A stretch of 32,253 nucleotides of DNA from Vulcanimicrobiaceae bacterium (GTDB lineage Bacteria > Vulcanimicrobiota > Vulcanimicrobiia > Vulcanimicrobiales > Vulcanimicrobiaceae), in contig JBHEMM010000030.1 of assembly GCA_046262595.1 (NCBI GenBank), positions 1-32,253 on the forward strand. Direction: 5' to 3'. The notes under the pieces are model-generated. The model made no database searches, was not told the origin of the DNA, and was given only the letters and a program-made list of their open reading frames with translations. Every line of letters starts with the position of its first letter. The first letter of the stretch is position 1. Below are positions 18,043 through 26,715 of this stretch, piece by piece. Made by a program: the position numbers and the translations under genes.

Positions 18043-19280
18043 GACGACCGTTCTTTCCAGGATTGCGAAGGCACGCCCGCATCCACACGCACCATTTCGA
18101 TGCAGTCTTGCACGGGACAGACCATCTGGCACAAATTGCAGCCGACGCACTCTTGTTCGTCCACGACGACCATGGCCGAACCATTCGTCCCTATGCGGTC
18201 GATGCACTGGTGTGCCGCGTCTTCGCAGGCGATATAGCACTTGTTGCAGCGGATACACTTGTCTTGATCGATCCGCGCGACGACCTTATAGTTGAGGTTG
18301 AGGTTCTCCCAGGTTGTGATGCGCGATGCCGCGGCGCCGGCGAGTACGGCGACGCTGCTCACGCCGCGCGAGTCCAGATAGCGCGAGAGGCCGTCGATCA
18401 TATCTTCAACAATGCGGAAACCATGATGCATGACGGCGGTGCAGACCTGGACGTTGCCGGCGCCCAGCAAGAGAAACTCCGCCGCATCGCGCCACGTTTC
18501 GATGCCGCCGATGCCGGAGATCGGAATATTCACTTGCGGATCGCGGGCGCACTCGTTCACCATGTTCAGCGCAATAGGCTTCACCGCCGCGCCGCAATAA
18601 CCGCCATGGCTGCTCATGCCGTCGACGTGCGGAACCGGGTTCCACGTCTCGAGATCCACGCCGATAATGCTGTTGATCGTGTTTATTAGGCTGATCGCGT
18701 CCGCGCCCCCGTTCACCGCGGCGCGGGCGACGGGGCGGATGTCGGTGATGTTGGGCGTGAGTTTCACGATGACCGGAACGCGCGCGGCTTCTTTAACCCA
18801 CGTCGAAACTTGCTCGATGAGGTCCGGATGCTGGCCCACTGCTGCACCCATGCCGCGTTCGCTCATGCCGTGCGGGCAGCCGAAGTTCAGTTCGAATCCG
18901 TCGATGTCCACTTCTTGCACGCGCTTGACCAGGTCGTGCCATGCCTGCCGTTCGCATACTTCCATTAGCGATGCCACGACCGCGCGTTCGGGAAAAGTTT
19001 TCTTGCACTGCGCGATCTCGCGCAGATTCTCGTCGAGCGGCCGGTCGGTGATCAGCTCGATGTTGTTCATGCCGATCATCTTGTTCTGCTTGTAGTCCAG
19101 CGCGGCGAAGCGCGAGGTGACGTTGACGATCGGCGTTCCCAGCGTTTTCCACACGGCGCCGCCCCAGCCGGCCTCGAATGCGCGCATCACTTGATAGCCG
19201 CTGTTCGTCGGCGGCGCCGATGCGAGCCAGAACGGATTGGGACTTTTGATGCCCGCGAGATTGGTTTGCAGATTAGCCAT
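18039..19280 (-). CDS. preA: Dihydropyrimidine dehydrogenase FMN/Fe-S subunit
   Basis: NPFWLASAPPT, ELNFGCPHGMSERGMG, KLTPNITDI, INTINS; C-terminal 2x[4Fe-4S] motifs CIRCNKC and CVGCNLC. Confidence 0.95.
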   Translation of the reverse strand: MANLQTNLAGIKSPNPFWLASAPPTNSGYQVMRAFEAGWGGAVWKTLGTPIVNVTSRFAALDYKQNKMIGMNNIELITDRPLDENLREIAQCKKTFPERAVVASLMEVCERQAWHDLVKRVQEVDIDGFELNFGCPHGMSERGMGAAVGQHPDLIEQVSTWVKEAARVPVIVKLTPNITDIRPVARAAVNGGADAISLINTINSIIGVDLETWNPVPHVDGMSSHGGYCGAAVKPIALNMVNECARDPQVNIPISGIGGIETWRDAAEFLLLGAGNVQVCTAVMHHGFRIVEDMIDGLSRYLDSRGVSSVAVLAGAAASRITTWENLNLNYKVVARIDQDKCIRCNKCYIACEDAAHQCIDRIGTNGSAMVVVDEQECVGCNLCQMVCPVQDCIEMVRVDAGVPSQSWKERSS

Positions 19281-20562
19281 GGTTGACCGCCTCGAAAGAT
19301 TCGTGGATCGCTGCCGCGACGCGTTTGCCTTGTTCGGCGGCCTCCACGACCATCGCTTCGCGCATGCCTTTCTCGAAGATGCAGTCCCCGGCCGCGTACA
19401 CGCCGGCCCTACTGGTGCGCAACTGCTCATTCACGCGAATCACGCCGCGGTCGTGTTCGATGCCGAAGGCTTCGATCTCCGCCAGTAGCCGGCTTTGACC
19501 GATCGCGCGGATGAACGTCGTGACAGGCTCGATAAACGCGCTGTCCGGTAGGCGCGTCGCGTCAGCGGCCGTTTGCACGAATTCGACCGCCTCGACGCGT
19601 TCGCCGCCCAAAACGCGGACCGGTGCGCAGAAGAAGCGGAACTCGATCCCTTCTTGTTTGGCGAAATCGTATTCGAACTGGTACGCCGTCATTTGTCCCG
19701 CGCCGCGGCGATAGTAGCACGTTACACGCGCGCCCGGAGCGAGCCGCTTCGCGCAGGTGAGCGCGTCGATCGCCGTGTTGCCCGCGCCGATGACGGCAAC
19801 GTGCGCACCCAGGCGGCCCGTGTCCAAACCACGTTTCGCCCGTTCGATGAAGTCGAGTGCGTCCCAAACGCCCGGAAGGTCCTCGCCCTCGATGTTGAGC
19901 CGCGGCACGGCACCCATGCCGCACGCGATCACGATCGCGTCATATTCGGCGCTGATCTGCTGAAACGGAACGTCAATTCCGATGCGCATGTTCGCGCGCA
20001 GTTCCGCGCCCAAGGCCAGCACTTGACCGGCTTCCCAAAGCGCCGTTTGCGTGTCGAGGCGGAATGGCACGATGCCGTACGTGTTCAAGCCGCCGGCATC
20101 GTCATGCGCGTCAAACAGCGTAACGGCATGGCCGAAGCGGCGCAGGTCGCGTGCGGCGGAGAGCCCGGCCGGCCCGGCGCCGATCACCGCCACGCGAAAT
20201 CCCGTCGGCGCGCCGGGCGTAAACAGCGCAATGTTCCCGTTCATTACGTGGTCGACGGCGAAGCGCTGCAAATCGCCGATACGGATTGGCGAGTCGCCGG
20301 CCGCGTGATAAACGCAGGCGCCCTCGCACAATTGCTCGGTGGGACAGACGCGCGCGCAGCTCGCGCCCATGGGGTTTGCTTCCATGATGACGTGCGCGCT
20401 TCCGGTGACGTTCCCCGACGTAATTTTTCTGATGAACGAAGCGACGTCAATATGCGTTGGACACGCATTCGTGCATGGCGCGTCGTAGCAGTTCAAGCAC
20501 CGGTTGGCTTCCAAGCTCACCTCCACCGCCGAGAGCGGACGATGGATAGACTCCCCGAGCAT
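19273..20562 (-). CDS. preT: Dihydropyrimidine dehydrogenase FAD/NAD(P)H subunit
   Basis: RCLNCYDAPCTNACP, CARVCPTEQLCEGAC, GAGPAG, GAGNTAID, AAGD. Confidence 0.93.
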   Translation of the reverse strand: MLGESIHRPLSAVEVSLEANRCLNCYDAPCTNACPTHIDVASFIRKITSGNVTGSAHVIMEANPMGASCARVCPTEQLCEGACVYHAAGDSPIRIGDLQRFAVDHVMNGNIALFTPGAPTGFRVAVIGAGPAGLSAARDLRRFGHAVTLFDAHDDAGGLNTYGIVPFRLDTQTALWEAGQVLALGAELRANMRIGIDVPFQQISAEYDAIVIACGMGAVPRLNIEGEDLPGVWDALDFIERAKRGLDTGRLGAHVAVIGAGNTAIDALTCAKRLAPGARVTCYYRRGAGQMTAYQFEYDFAKQEGIEFRFFCAPVRVLGGERVEAVEFVQTAADATRLPDSAFIEPVTTFIRAIGQSRLLAEIEAFGIEHDRGVIRVNEQLRTSRAGVYAAGDCIFEKGMREAMVVEAAEQGKRVAAAIHESFEAVNHG

Positions 20563-20574
20563 GCGCGTACCTCT

Positions 20575-22083
20575 TTATTTGTGCGTAGGAAAACCGAGAT
20601 TGATGCCCGCGCCCGATTCGTGCCAGCGTGTCGTGACGACTTTGCCGCGCGAGTAAAAGCGGAACCCATCCTCGCCGTAGATATGCAGATCGCCCAACAG
20701 CGATGCTTTCCACCCGCCGAAGCTATAGTAGCCCACGGGTACCGGAATCGGAATGTTGATACCGACCATACCCGCCGCGACCTCGTTTTGAAAACGCCGC
20801 GCCGCCGCACCACTCCGGGTGAAGATCGATGCGCCGTTGCCGTACGGGTTGTCCGCAATGAGGCGCAGTGCCTCGTCCAATCCCGACGCCCGCACGTTGA
20901 CGAGCACCGGGCCGAAAACTTCATCGCGATAGATCGACATCTGCGGCGTCACGCGATCGAAGAGCGTGGGACCGACGAAAAACCCCTGCTCGTATCCCGG
21001 CACGTTGACCGTACGGCCGTCGCAGACGAGCTGCGCGCCGGCGGCGATGCCTTGTTCGATGTAGTCCAGAATACGCTCGCGCGCCGCCGGCGTCACGACC
21101 GGGCCCATGTCGCTGCGCTCATCGCTGCCAGCGCCGATTTTCAAGTTGCCGATGCGCTCGATCAGTTTAGGAAGCAGCGCGCCGGCCGCATCGCCCACGC
21201 AGATGCTCGCCGAGATGGCCATGCAGCGCTGACCGGCGGAGCCGTAACCTGCAGACACCAGCGCGTCGGCCGCGGCATCCATGTCGGCATCGGGCATGAC
21301 GACCAAATGATTCTTTGCGCCGCCGAGCGCTTGAACGCGTTTGCCGTTCGCCGCAGCCGTTGCGTAGATCGCACGCGCGATCGGCGTCGAGCCGACAAAA
21401 CTGATCGCGTCGACTTGCGCATGTGCGAGCAGCGCGTCCACGGCTATTTTATCGCCGTGCACGACGTTGAATGCGCCGTCCGGCAAACCCGCGCGCGCGA
21501 GCAGCTCGGCGGCCAGCAGCGCGGCCGACGGATCGCGTTCCGACGGCTTGAGCACGAACGTGTTGCCGCAAGCCAGCGCTATGGCGAACATCCACGCCGG
21601 CACCATCATCGGAAAGTTGAAGGGCGTGATGCCGGCGCAAACGCCTAGAGGCTGGCGCAGCGAATAGGTATCGACGGAAGACGAGACGTTCTCGCTGAAT
21701 TCGCCTTTGAGTTGATGCGGCAGCGAGCAGGCAAAATCGACCACTTCGAGTGCGCGTGCAACCTCGCCCTGTGCGTCGCTCACCACTTTTCCGTGTTCGC
21801 TCGATACGATCTCGGCGAACTGCGCAGCATGTTCTTTGAGGAGATTGCGGAAAGCGAACAACACCTCGGCGCGCTTGCCCAACGGAGTGCGGCTCCACGC
21901 CGGAAACGCCGTGCGCGCCGCTTGCACTGCTGCATCGACATCCGCAGCGGAAGCGAGGGGCACTTTGGCCTGCACCTGACCGGTGGCAGGATCGAACACA
22001 TCGCCGAAGCGTCCGCTGCTGGGCGTTTCCAAGCGTCCGCCGATGAAATGGGCGATGGTGCGTACTTTCGTTGGAGCTTGCAT
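20575..22083 (-). CDS. mmsA: CoA-acylating (methyl)malonate-semialdehyde dehydrogenase (PydE-like)
   Basis: ITPFNFP, LKPSERDP, FVGSTP, GGAKNH, AGQRCMA, EVFGPV; start taken as ATG 22083 (MQAPTKV). Confidence 0.93.
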   Translation of the reverse strand: MQAPTKVRTIAHFIGGRLETPSSGRFGDVFDPATGQVQAKVPLASAADVDAAVQAARTAFPAWSRTPLGKRAEVLFAFRNLLKEHAAQFAEIVSSEHGKVVSDAQGEVARALEVVDFACSLPHQLKGEFSENVSSSVDTYSLRQPLGVCAGITPFNFPMMVPAWMFAIALACGNTFVLKPSERDPSAALLAAELLARAGLPDGAFNVVHGDKIAVDALLAHAQVDAISFVGSTPIARAIYATAAANGKRVQALGGAKNHLVVMPDADMDAAADALVSAGYGSAGQRCMAISASICVGDAAGALLPKLIERIGNLKIGAGSDERSDMGPVVTPAARERILDYIEQGIAAGAQLVCDGRTVNVPGYEQGFFVGPTLFDRVTPQMSIYRDEVFGPVLVNVRASGLDEALRLIADNPYGNGASIFTRSGAAARRFQNEVAAGMVGINIPIPVPVGYYSFGGWKASLLGDLHIYGEDGFRFYSRGKVVTTRWHESGAGINLGFPTHK

Positions 22084-22141
22084 CCCTACGTGTTCGACGC
22101 GTCGGCGGGTGGTCTTGCGAGAAGTGTCCAACGACGCGGCC
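22084..22141. promoter_or_regulatory. Compact divergent control region between the pyd operon and the purP-like gene
   Basis: 58-bp head-to-head gap with no SD on either side; palindrome CGACGCGTCG 22095-22104; AAGA-N16-CGAA on - and GGGT-N17-CCAA on +. Confidence 0.45.
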
Positions 22142-23242
22142 GTGACGGACGCTGCGCCCACCCTTTGCTCGATCGGAAGCCACTCGGCCCTTGAAGTGGC
22201 ATACGGCGCGCGCGCCCAAGGCTTGCGAAACCTCGTCGTGACGGCGAGAGGACGCGAGAAAACGTACGCGCGGTACTACGCGAGTGCCGCCGCGCCGCCG
22301 CGCGGGTGCGTCGATGAAACGATCGAACTCGAGCGTTTCGCCGACTTGCTTCGCCCGGACGTGCAAGCGCAATTGCAGGCGCGCAAGGTGCTGTTCGTGC
22401 CCAACCGCTCCTTTGAAGTGTATTTGCACGAGCAGTACACGTACGATGAGATCGAAGCCGGCATGAAAGTGCCGGTGTTCGGAAACCGGCGCTTGCTGCG
22501 CGCCGAAGAGCGCGGCGAGGCGGATAATCAGTACGCGCTGATGCAGCGCGCCGGTATCCGGCATCCGCTGCAGTTTCCGTCATCGGATGCGATCGACCGT
22601 TTGGTGATGGTGAAGGCGCCGCACGCAAAAGTCACGTTCGAGCGGGCGTTTTTCTTGTGCGCCTCGCCCCAAGAATACCGCGACCAAGGCCGCCGCCTCA
22701 TGCGCGACGGCGTTCTGACGGCGCAAGGCCTTGACGGCGCGGTAATCGAGGAGTACGCGCTCGGTCCATCGATCAATTTGAACTTTTTCTTCTCGCCGGT
22801 TTTGAACGAACTCGAACTGTGCGGCACGGACACGCGCCGCCAAACGAATCTCGAAGGTTTCCGCAACGTGCCGCCTTCGGCGCTCGAATCGCTGCGTGCC
22901 GTCCCCATGCGCTTGGAAGAAGCCGGACATATTGCCGCCACGCTCACAGAGTCGATGCTGGAGAAAGCATTCGAGATGGGCGAGCGGTTCGTGCGCGCCG
23001 CGCGTGAGGCGAATCCTCCGGGCGTGATCGGCCCGTTCGCGCTGCAATGCATCATCATTGCCGGACCGCCGAAAGAATTCGTGTGCTACGACGTTTCGCT
23101 GCGCATCCCCGGCTCGCCCGGAACCCGCTACACGCCGTACTCCGCATACCGTTGGGGGCGCGATGTTTCGGTAGGCGAACGCATCGCGATGGAAGTGGTG
23201 TTCGCCCGCGAAGCAGGGCGAATCGCGGATATTCAGACGTAG
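22142..23242 (+). CDS. purP: Archaeal-type PurP-like ATP-grasp protein (second paralog type), full length about 366 aa
   Basis: SIGSHSALE, VPNRSF, PVFGNRRLLRAEER, FERAFF, DTRRQTN, EEAGH, PPGVIGPFALQ, DVSLRIPGSPG, GERIAME; start GTG 22142 (alternative 22124). Confidence 0.88.
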   Translation: MTDAAPTLCSIGSHSALEVAYGARAQGLRNLVVTARGREKTYARYYASAAAPPRGCVDETIELERFADLLRPDVQAQLQARKVLFVPNRSFEVYLHEQYTYDEIEAGMKVPVFGNRRLLRAEERGEADNQYALMQRAGIRHPLQFPSSDAIDRLVMVKAPHAKVTFERAFFLCASPQEYRDQGRRLMRDGVLTAQGLDGAVIEEYALGPSINLNFFFSPVLNELELCGTDTRRQTNLEGFRNVPPSALESLRAVPMRLEEAGHIAATLTESMLEKAFEMGERFVRAAREANPPGVIGPFALQCIIIAGPPKEFVCYDVSLRIPGSPGTRYTPYSAYRWGRDVSVGERIAMEVVFAREAGRIADIQT

Positions 23243-23306
23243 GCGCAAGCGCGCTTCACAAGGCAAGAACGCCACATCTGCGAACTGCAGCACGCGGAGG
23301 TAGAAT

Positions 23307-23840
23307 ATGACTATAACGATGGGCGGAAATCCGGTCGAGCTGGACGGTCCGGACCTGCAGGTGGGCGACAAAGCGCCCGATTTCACGGTCGTCTCGGACG
23401 GCATGGGTGACACTAAAACGCTTGACGACGTCATCGAGCATGGCAGAAAGAACGCACTGCTGATCGTCGTGCCTTCTCTGGACACCAACGTGTGCTCGAT
23501 CGAATCGCAGAAGTTCAACGCACGCCTGGGCCAACTGCCCGCCGACACTGCGGCCTATGTCGTAAGCCGGGACCTGCCGTTTGCGCAGAAACGCTGGTGC
23601 GGTGCTCAGAGCGGCGGCGCAGTGCGGCTCGGCATGCTCTCCGACGCGCGCGATCACCGTTTCGGGCCTGCGTACGGCGTGCTCATCAAAGGTGTGGGCT
23701 TACTCGCGCGCACGGTGTTCATCATCGGTAAAGACAAAACGATCAAATACAAGCAGGTCGTGCCTGAGGTCGGCTCCGAGCCCGACTATGACGATGTCAT
23801 CGCAGCGGCGTCCAAACTTTCTTCCGCGGTCAACGCATAA
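23307..23840 (+). CDS. tpx: Thiol peroxidase (atypical 2-Cys peroxiredoxin)
   Basis: VPSLDTNVC, SRDLPFAQKRWC, EPDYD; SD GGAGG 23296-23300. Confidence 0.93.
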   Translation: MTITMGGNPVELDGPDLQVGDKAPDFTVVSDGMGDTKTLDDVIEHGRKNALLIVVPSLDTNVCSIESQKFNARLGQLPADTAAYVVSRDLPFAQKRWCGAQSGGAVRLGMLSDARDHRFGPAYGVLIKGVGLLARTVFIIGKDKTIKYKQVVPEVGSEPDYDDVIAAASKLSSAVNA

Positions 23841-23880
23841 TCACAAAGAGCGGCCGAGCGGTGAGCCGAAAGGGCCGGCG

Positions 23881-25434
23881 GTGAACTCCCCGGCCCTTCC
23901 TTCAACCGTCTTTATCCTCGACTTCGGCGCGCAGTATAGTCAGCTGATTGCACGGCGCGTGCGCGAGATGAACGTGTATTGCGAGATTGTTCCGTACGAC
24001 ACGCCATGGGCCGCATTGTCGGCACGTAATGCGAGTGCCGTCATTCTGAGCGGCGGCCCCGAAAGCGCGCTTGCTCCGGGCGCACCGCAGATGGACGCCG
24101 CAATCCTGCGCAGCGGTCTGCCGCTGCTCGGCATCTGTTACGGCATGCAGCTTATCGCTCGCGAATTCGGCGCGGAGCTGCTTGCGCACGGCCAGGCGGA
24201 GTACGGTCCCGCAACCCTTCAAACCGTTTCGGCGACGGCGCTGTTCGCACGGGTTGCAGAGCGTTCGCGCGTTTGGATGTCTCACGGTGATTCCGTAAGC
24301 CGCCTGCCGGACGGCTTTGCGATAGCAGGCTCGACGAGCCGCTGTAACGTGGCGGCGATCGCCGACGACGCGCGCAAGCTCTACGGCGTTCAATTCCATC
24401 CCGAAGTCGTACACACGGAATATGGAAAGCAACTGCTGCGCAACTTCGTGCTTGAGATTGCCGGCGTTGCCGGTGATTGGCAGATGGAGTCTTTTGTCGG
24501 GCACTCTATCGAAAGCATTCGCGCGCAGGCCGGGTCCGACAAGGTAATCTGCGCCCTCTCCGGCGGCGTCGACTCGGCTGTCGCCGCCACGCTGGTCGCG
24601 CGCGCCATCGGCGAACAGCTGACCTGCATCTTCGTGGATCACGGCCTGCTGCGCAAAGACGAAGCAAAGCGGGTCATCGAAGCATTCCGCGACGTCCTGC
24701 ACCTCAATCTGATAGCGATCGATGCGCGCGAACGGTTTTTGAGCAAATTGCGCGGGATCGAAGACCCCGAACGCAAGCGCATCGTTATCGGGCACGAATT
24801 CATCCGCGTGTTCGAAGAAGAAGCGGCAAAAATTCCCGGCGTAAGGTACCTCGTGCAGGGCACGCTGTATCCGGATGTGATCGAATCGAAAACGCCGCAG
24901 AGCAAAGCGGGCCACAAAATCAAATCGCACCACAATGTCGGCGGCCTGCCCGAACACATGAACTTCGCGCTCATCGAACCGTTGCGCGCACTCTTTAAAG
25001 ACGAGGTTCGGGCGGCCGGCAAAGTGCTCGGCTTACCCGAAGCGATCGTTCAGCGTCAGCCGTTTCCCGGTCCCGGGCTAGCGGTACGCATCATCGGTGA
25101 CATCACGGAAGAGCGGCTCGCGCTGCTGCGCGAAGCTGACGCGATCGTCTGCGATGAGATCGACGGCGCCGCGCTCGATGCCAAGCCGTGGCAGTATTTT
25201 GCCGTGCTCACGCCCGTCAAGAGCGTCGGCGTCATGGGCGACGGCCGGACCTATTCGAATCTCGTTGCCGTACGCGCCATCACGAGCGAAGACGGCATGA
25301 CGGCCGATTGGGCGCGGTTGCCGTTCGATCTGCTCGAACGCATTTCGACGCGCATCGTGAATGAAGTGCCCGGCGTCAACCGCGTCGCGTACGACATCAC
25401 CTCAAAACCGCCCAGCACGGTGGAATGGGAATGA
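23881..25434 (+). CDS. guaA: GMP synthase (glutamine-hydrolysing)
   Basis: ILDFGAQYSQLIARR, GICYGMQ, QFHPEV, SGGVDS, KSHHNVGGLP, SKPPSTVEWE; start GTG 23881. Confidence 0.96.
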   Translation: MNSPALPSTVFILDFGAQYSQLIARRVREMNVYCEIVPYDTPWAALSARNASAVILSGGPESALAPGAPQMDAAILRSGLPLLGICYGMQLIAREFGAELLAHGQAEYGPATLQTVSATALFARVAERSRVWMSHGDSVSRLPDGFAIAGSTSRCNVAAIADDARKLYGVQFHPEVVHTEYGKQLLRNFVLEIAGVAGDWQMESFVGHSIESIRAQAGSDKVICALSGGVDSAVAATLVARAIGEQLTCIFVDHGLLRKDEAKRVIEAFRDVLHLNLIAIDARERFLSKLRGIEDPERKRIVIGHEFIRVFEEEAAKIPGVRYLVQGTLYPDVIESKTPQSKAGHKIKSHHNVGGLPEHMNFALIEPLRALFKDEVRAAGKVLGLPEAIVQRQPFPGPGLAVRIIGDITEERLALLREADAIVCDEIDGAALDAKPWQYFAVLTPVKSVGVMGDGRTYSNLVAVRAITSEDGMTADWARLPFDLLERISTRIVNEVPGVNRVAYDITSKPPSTVEWE

Positions 25435-26711
25435 GAATACTCGTCGTCGGCGGCGGGGCCAGAGAAGATGCGCTGTCGTGGCGTTTGCAGTCCAGTGCAT
25501 CGTGCGACGCGATCTTTGCGGCGCCGGGCAACGCCGGAACAGCCCGCCGCGGCGAAAACTGGAACGTTTCGGCAACGGACGGCAAGCCGCTCACGCAGCG
25601 TGCGCTTTCGGAAAAGATCGACCTCGCCGTGATCGGGCCGGAAGTTTCCATTGCCGCCGGCGTGAGCGATCGCCTGCGGGATGCGGGCATCGCCGTCTTC
25701 GGCCCAAGCCGCTCGAGCGGCCGTCTGGAAACAAGCAAGATATTCGCCAAGCGCTTCATGGAGCGGCACGGCGTTCCAACGGCGCGCGCGCTGATCGTGC
25801 ACTCGCTCGAAGGGGCGAACAAGGCGCTTGAAACGTGGCGGGGCGGCGTGGTCGTGAAAGCCGACGGGTTGGCGGCCGGCAAAGGCGTCGTGGTGGTCCA
25901 GAGCGTTGACCAGGCGCGCGGCGTGTTATCCGAGTGGTACGCAAGCGGCAAAGTCCCGGGCGGCGGCAGCGACGTGCTCCTCGAAGAAAAGCTCGAGGGC
26001 CGCGAGATCAGTTTGTTCGCGATTTCTGACGGTCGCGCGATGTATCCCATTGCTTCGGCGTGCGATTACAAGCGCGCAGGCAACGGCGACACGGGCCCAA
26101 ACACGGGCGGCATGGGCGCGTATTCGCCTCCCCAAGGGTTCCCTGCGGACTTTGAGGATGTCGTGCGGGAACGCGTGCTCGCGCCGGTGCTGCGCGGACT
26201 GCTGGCGGAAGGCGAGCGTTATATCGGCGTGCTGTACTGCGGGCTGATGTGGACGCAGGCAGGCCCGTATGTAATCGAATTCAACGTCCGCTTCGGCGAT
26301 CCGGAGGCGCAAGTGCTGATGCCGCGCGTCACCGGCGACTTCGCCGCACTGCTGCGCTCCGCGGCGGATGGCGCAATCGACTTAAGCGCCGCGTCGTTCG
26401 CCGCACGGGCGTGCGTGGGCGTTGTGCTGGCTAACGAAACATATCCGCGCTCGAGCTCGCCCGTGGCCGGATTACCTGGGAACGTGGACCTCGGTCTGGA
26501 CGCCCAGGTGTTTTGGGGAACCTCCAAGCTCGACGCCGACGGAACGGTCAGTTCCAGCGGCGGACGGGTGCTGACGGTGACGGGTATGGGCGACGACGTC
26601 GCGCTTGCGCGCATCCGCGCCTACGATGCGCTGCGCGATCTGGCCGCGCGCCTCAAAGCCGCGCACGGTCTCACGTACCGCACCGACATCGCGGACACCG
26701 GCGGCCTTTAA
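25431..26711 (+). CDS. purD: Phosphoribosylamine--glycine ligase
   Basis: APGNAG, KADGLAAGKGV, DTGPNTGGMGAYSP, EFNVRFGDPE, GGRVL, YRTDI; ATGA overlap with guaA. Confidence 0.96.
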   Translation: MRILVVGGGAREDALSWRLQSSASCDAIFAAPGNAGTARRGENWNVSATDGKPLTQRALSEKIDLAVIGPEVSIAAGVSDRLRDAGIAVFGPSRSSGRLETSKIFAKRFMERHGVPTARALIVHSLEGANKALETWRGGVVVKADGLAAGKGVVVVQSVDQARGVLSEWYASGKVPGGGSDVLLEEKLEGREISLFAISDGRAMYPIASACDYKRAGNGDTGPNTGGMGAYSPPQGFPADFEDVVRERVLAPVLRGLLAEGERYIGVLYCGLMWTQAGPYVIEFNVRFGDPEAQVLMPRVTGDFAALLRSAADGAIDLSAASFAARACVGVVLANETYPRSSSPVAGLPGNVDLGLDAQVFWGTSKLDADGTVSSSGGRVLTVTGMGDDVALARIRAYDALRDLAARLKAAHGLTYRTDIADTGGL

Positions 26712-26715
26712 GCGT

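Noticed and set aside
19573..21648. 691-aa + strand ORF, and similar long ORFs at 958-1902, 3036-4262, 14476-15672, 15746-16654, 21449-22564, 22580-23548, 23902-24957
   Set aside because: Antisense or alternate-frame shadows of well-supported genes, expected in high-GC DNA; Arg/Ala-rich with no recognisable motifs.
13004..22083. pyd operon as a mobile element or genomic island
   Set aside because: No integrase, transposase or tRNA, no matching flanking repeats found at both ends, and composition is like the flanks.
4286..23880. Long N-terminal extensions in the ORF track for holA, purB, purC, purP, NCS1, nitrilase, hydA, preA, mmsA, purP2 and guaA (apparent fusions or overlaps)
   Set aside because: They overlap neighbouring genes; downstream starts with stop/start overlaps or SD sites match family N-termini.
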